Of a stretch of DNA of 16,979 bases, positions 14,661-16,979 are shown in pieces. This DNA comes from a virus. Its lineage: Duplodnaviria; Heunggongvirae; Uroviricota; Caudoviricetes. Under the pieces are notes generated by a model. That model had not been told where the DNA came from and did not search any database. It saw only the letters and a program-made list of their open reading frames with translations. The stretch is from positions 1 through 16,979 of the IMG/VR virus record IMGVR_UViG_2713896771_000020; one strand, 5' to 3'. Within the stretch, counting starts at the first letter, position 1. Each line of letters starts with the position of its first letter. The position numbers and the translations under genes are program-made.

Positions 14661-15566
14661 GCTGTTATTCTTAACCCGCTGGTGCAACACATGGTCCGCT
14701 GGCGAGTGCCGCGTGTACTGGCGGTGTCGATTTTGATGACCATCATCGTGATGGCGATGGTGTTGCTATTAGCTTATCTGGGTTCCGCGCTCAACGAGTT
14801 GACGCGGACGTTACCGCAATATCGCAACTCTATTATGACGCCGCTGCAAGCTCTTGAGCCGTTGTTGCAACGCGTAGGGATTGACGTCTCAGTTGACCAG
14901 CTGGCGCATTACATTGATCCGAACGCGGCGATGACGTTGCTCACCAACTTATTGACGCAGTTATCTAATGCCATGTCATCAATATTTTTATTGCTGCTGA
15001 CGGTGCTGTTTATGCTGCTCGAAGTGCCACAATTGCCCGGAAAATTTCAGCAAATGATGGCGCGTCCGGTTGAAGGGATGGCGGCGATTCAACGTGCAAT
15101 TGACAGTGTTTCTCATTATCTGGTGCTGAAAACAGCCATCAGCATCATCACCGGCCTGGTCGCCTGGGCGATGCTCGCCGCACTCGATGTTCGCTTCGCT
15201 TTTGTCTGGGGATTGCTGGCCTTTGCGCTTAATTACATCCCTAATATTGGTTCAGTTCTCGCGGCAATCCCCCCTATCGCTCAGGTACTGGTGTTTAATG
15301 GCTTCTACGAAGCGTTGCTGGTGCTGGCGGGATATCTGCTGATTAATCTGGTCTTCGGCAATATTCTGGAGCCGCGCATCATGGGACGTGGGCTGGGGCT
15401 TTCCACATTGGTGGTATTTTTGTCGTTGATTTTTTGGGGATGGTTGTTAGGACCGGTGGGTATGCTGCTTTCCGTGCCGTTAACAATTATTGTCAAAATT
15501 GCGCTTGAACAAACAGCGGGAGGTCAAAGCATCGCCGTTCTGTTAAGCGATCTCAATAAAGAGTGG
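14661..15566 (+). pseudogene. tqsA: 5'-truncated tqsA (AI-2 exporter, AI-2E family), disrupted by the island
   Basis: Translation from 14661 reads [22 protein letters not shown]... through the conserved AI-2E transporter body. An in-frame stop at 14652-14654 and AT-rich island DNA lie immediately upstream, so the N-terminal transmembrane segment and promoter are absent. 3' limit set by the expected stop near 15564, which is TGG in this sequence. Confidence 0.7.
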
Positions 15567-15584
15567 CGGCCTCCGCAGAGGCCG
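15567..15584. terminator. Convergent intergenic hairpin between tqsA and pntB
   Basis: 7-bp stem CGGCCTC/GAGGCCG with loop CGCA, between the expected tqsA end and the pntB stop at 15591. No strong U-run. Confidence 0.4.
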
Positions 15585-15590
15585 TCAGGG

Positions 15591-16979
<1,389 letters not shown>

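Noticed and set aside
14485-14700. tRNA gene at the integration site
   Set aside because: No cloverleaf-compatible sequence or conserved tRNA boxes were seen near the junction. The junction lies inside the tqsA reading frame.

Overview
This 16,979-bp window holds the right-hand ~14.7 kb of an integrated, tail-less phage satellite inserted into the E. coli chromosomal gene tqsA, next to pntB. Almost all of it is transcribed on the minus strand. From the right junction (~14,660) leftward it encodes a P4-family tyrosine integrase, an AlpA-family regulator, a divergent promoter/operator switch with a small ribbon-helix-helix regulator on the plus strand, five small unknown proteins, a primase/replicase-type ATPase followed by an iteron origin, an SSB, and a terminator-bracketed small gene. 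The left half is a complete HK97-type head and packaging set (major capsid, prohead protease, portal, head closure, head-tail connector, HNH endonuclease, TerS, TerL) and a low-GC cargo gene at position 1. There are no tail, lysis, tRNA, CRISPR or transposase genes. The best reading is a capsid-forming phage-inducible chromosomal island (cf-PICI-like): it builds its own small capsid and packages its own DNA but must borrow tails from a helper phage. The left attachment site is outside the window. The most notable sequence-level signals are three arrays of 10-bp-phased TTGT repeats (upstream of int, downstream of int, upstream of the capsid gene), a terminator-like hairpin that occludes the capsid ribosome-binding site, a G10 tract inside one ORF, and an apparently missing stop codon in the tqsA remnant. 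All protein calls rest on reading the supplied translations for family motifs; no database search was run.
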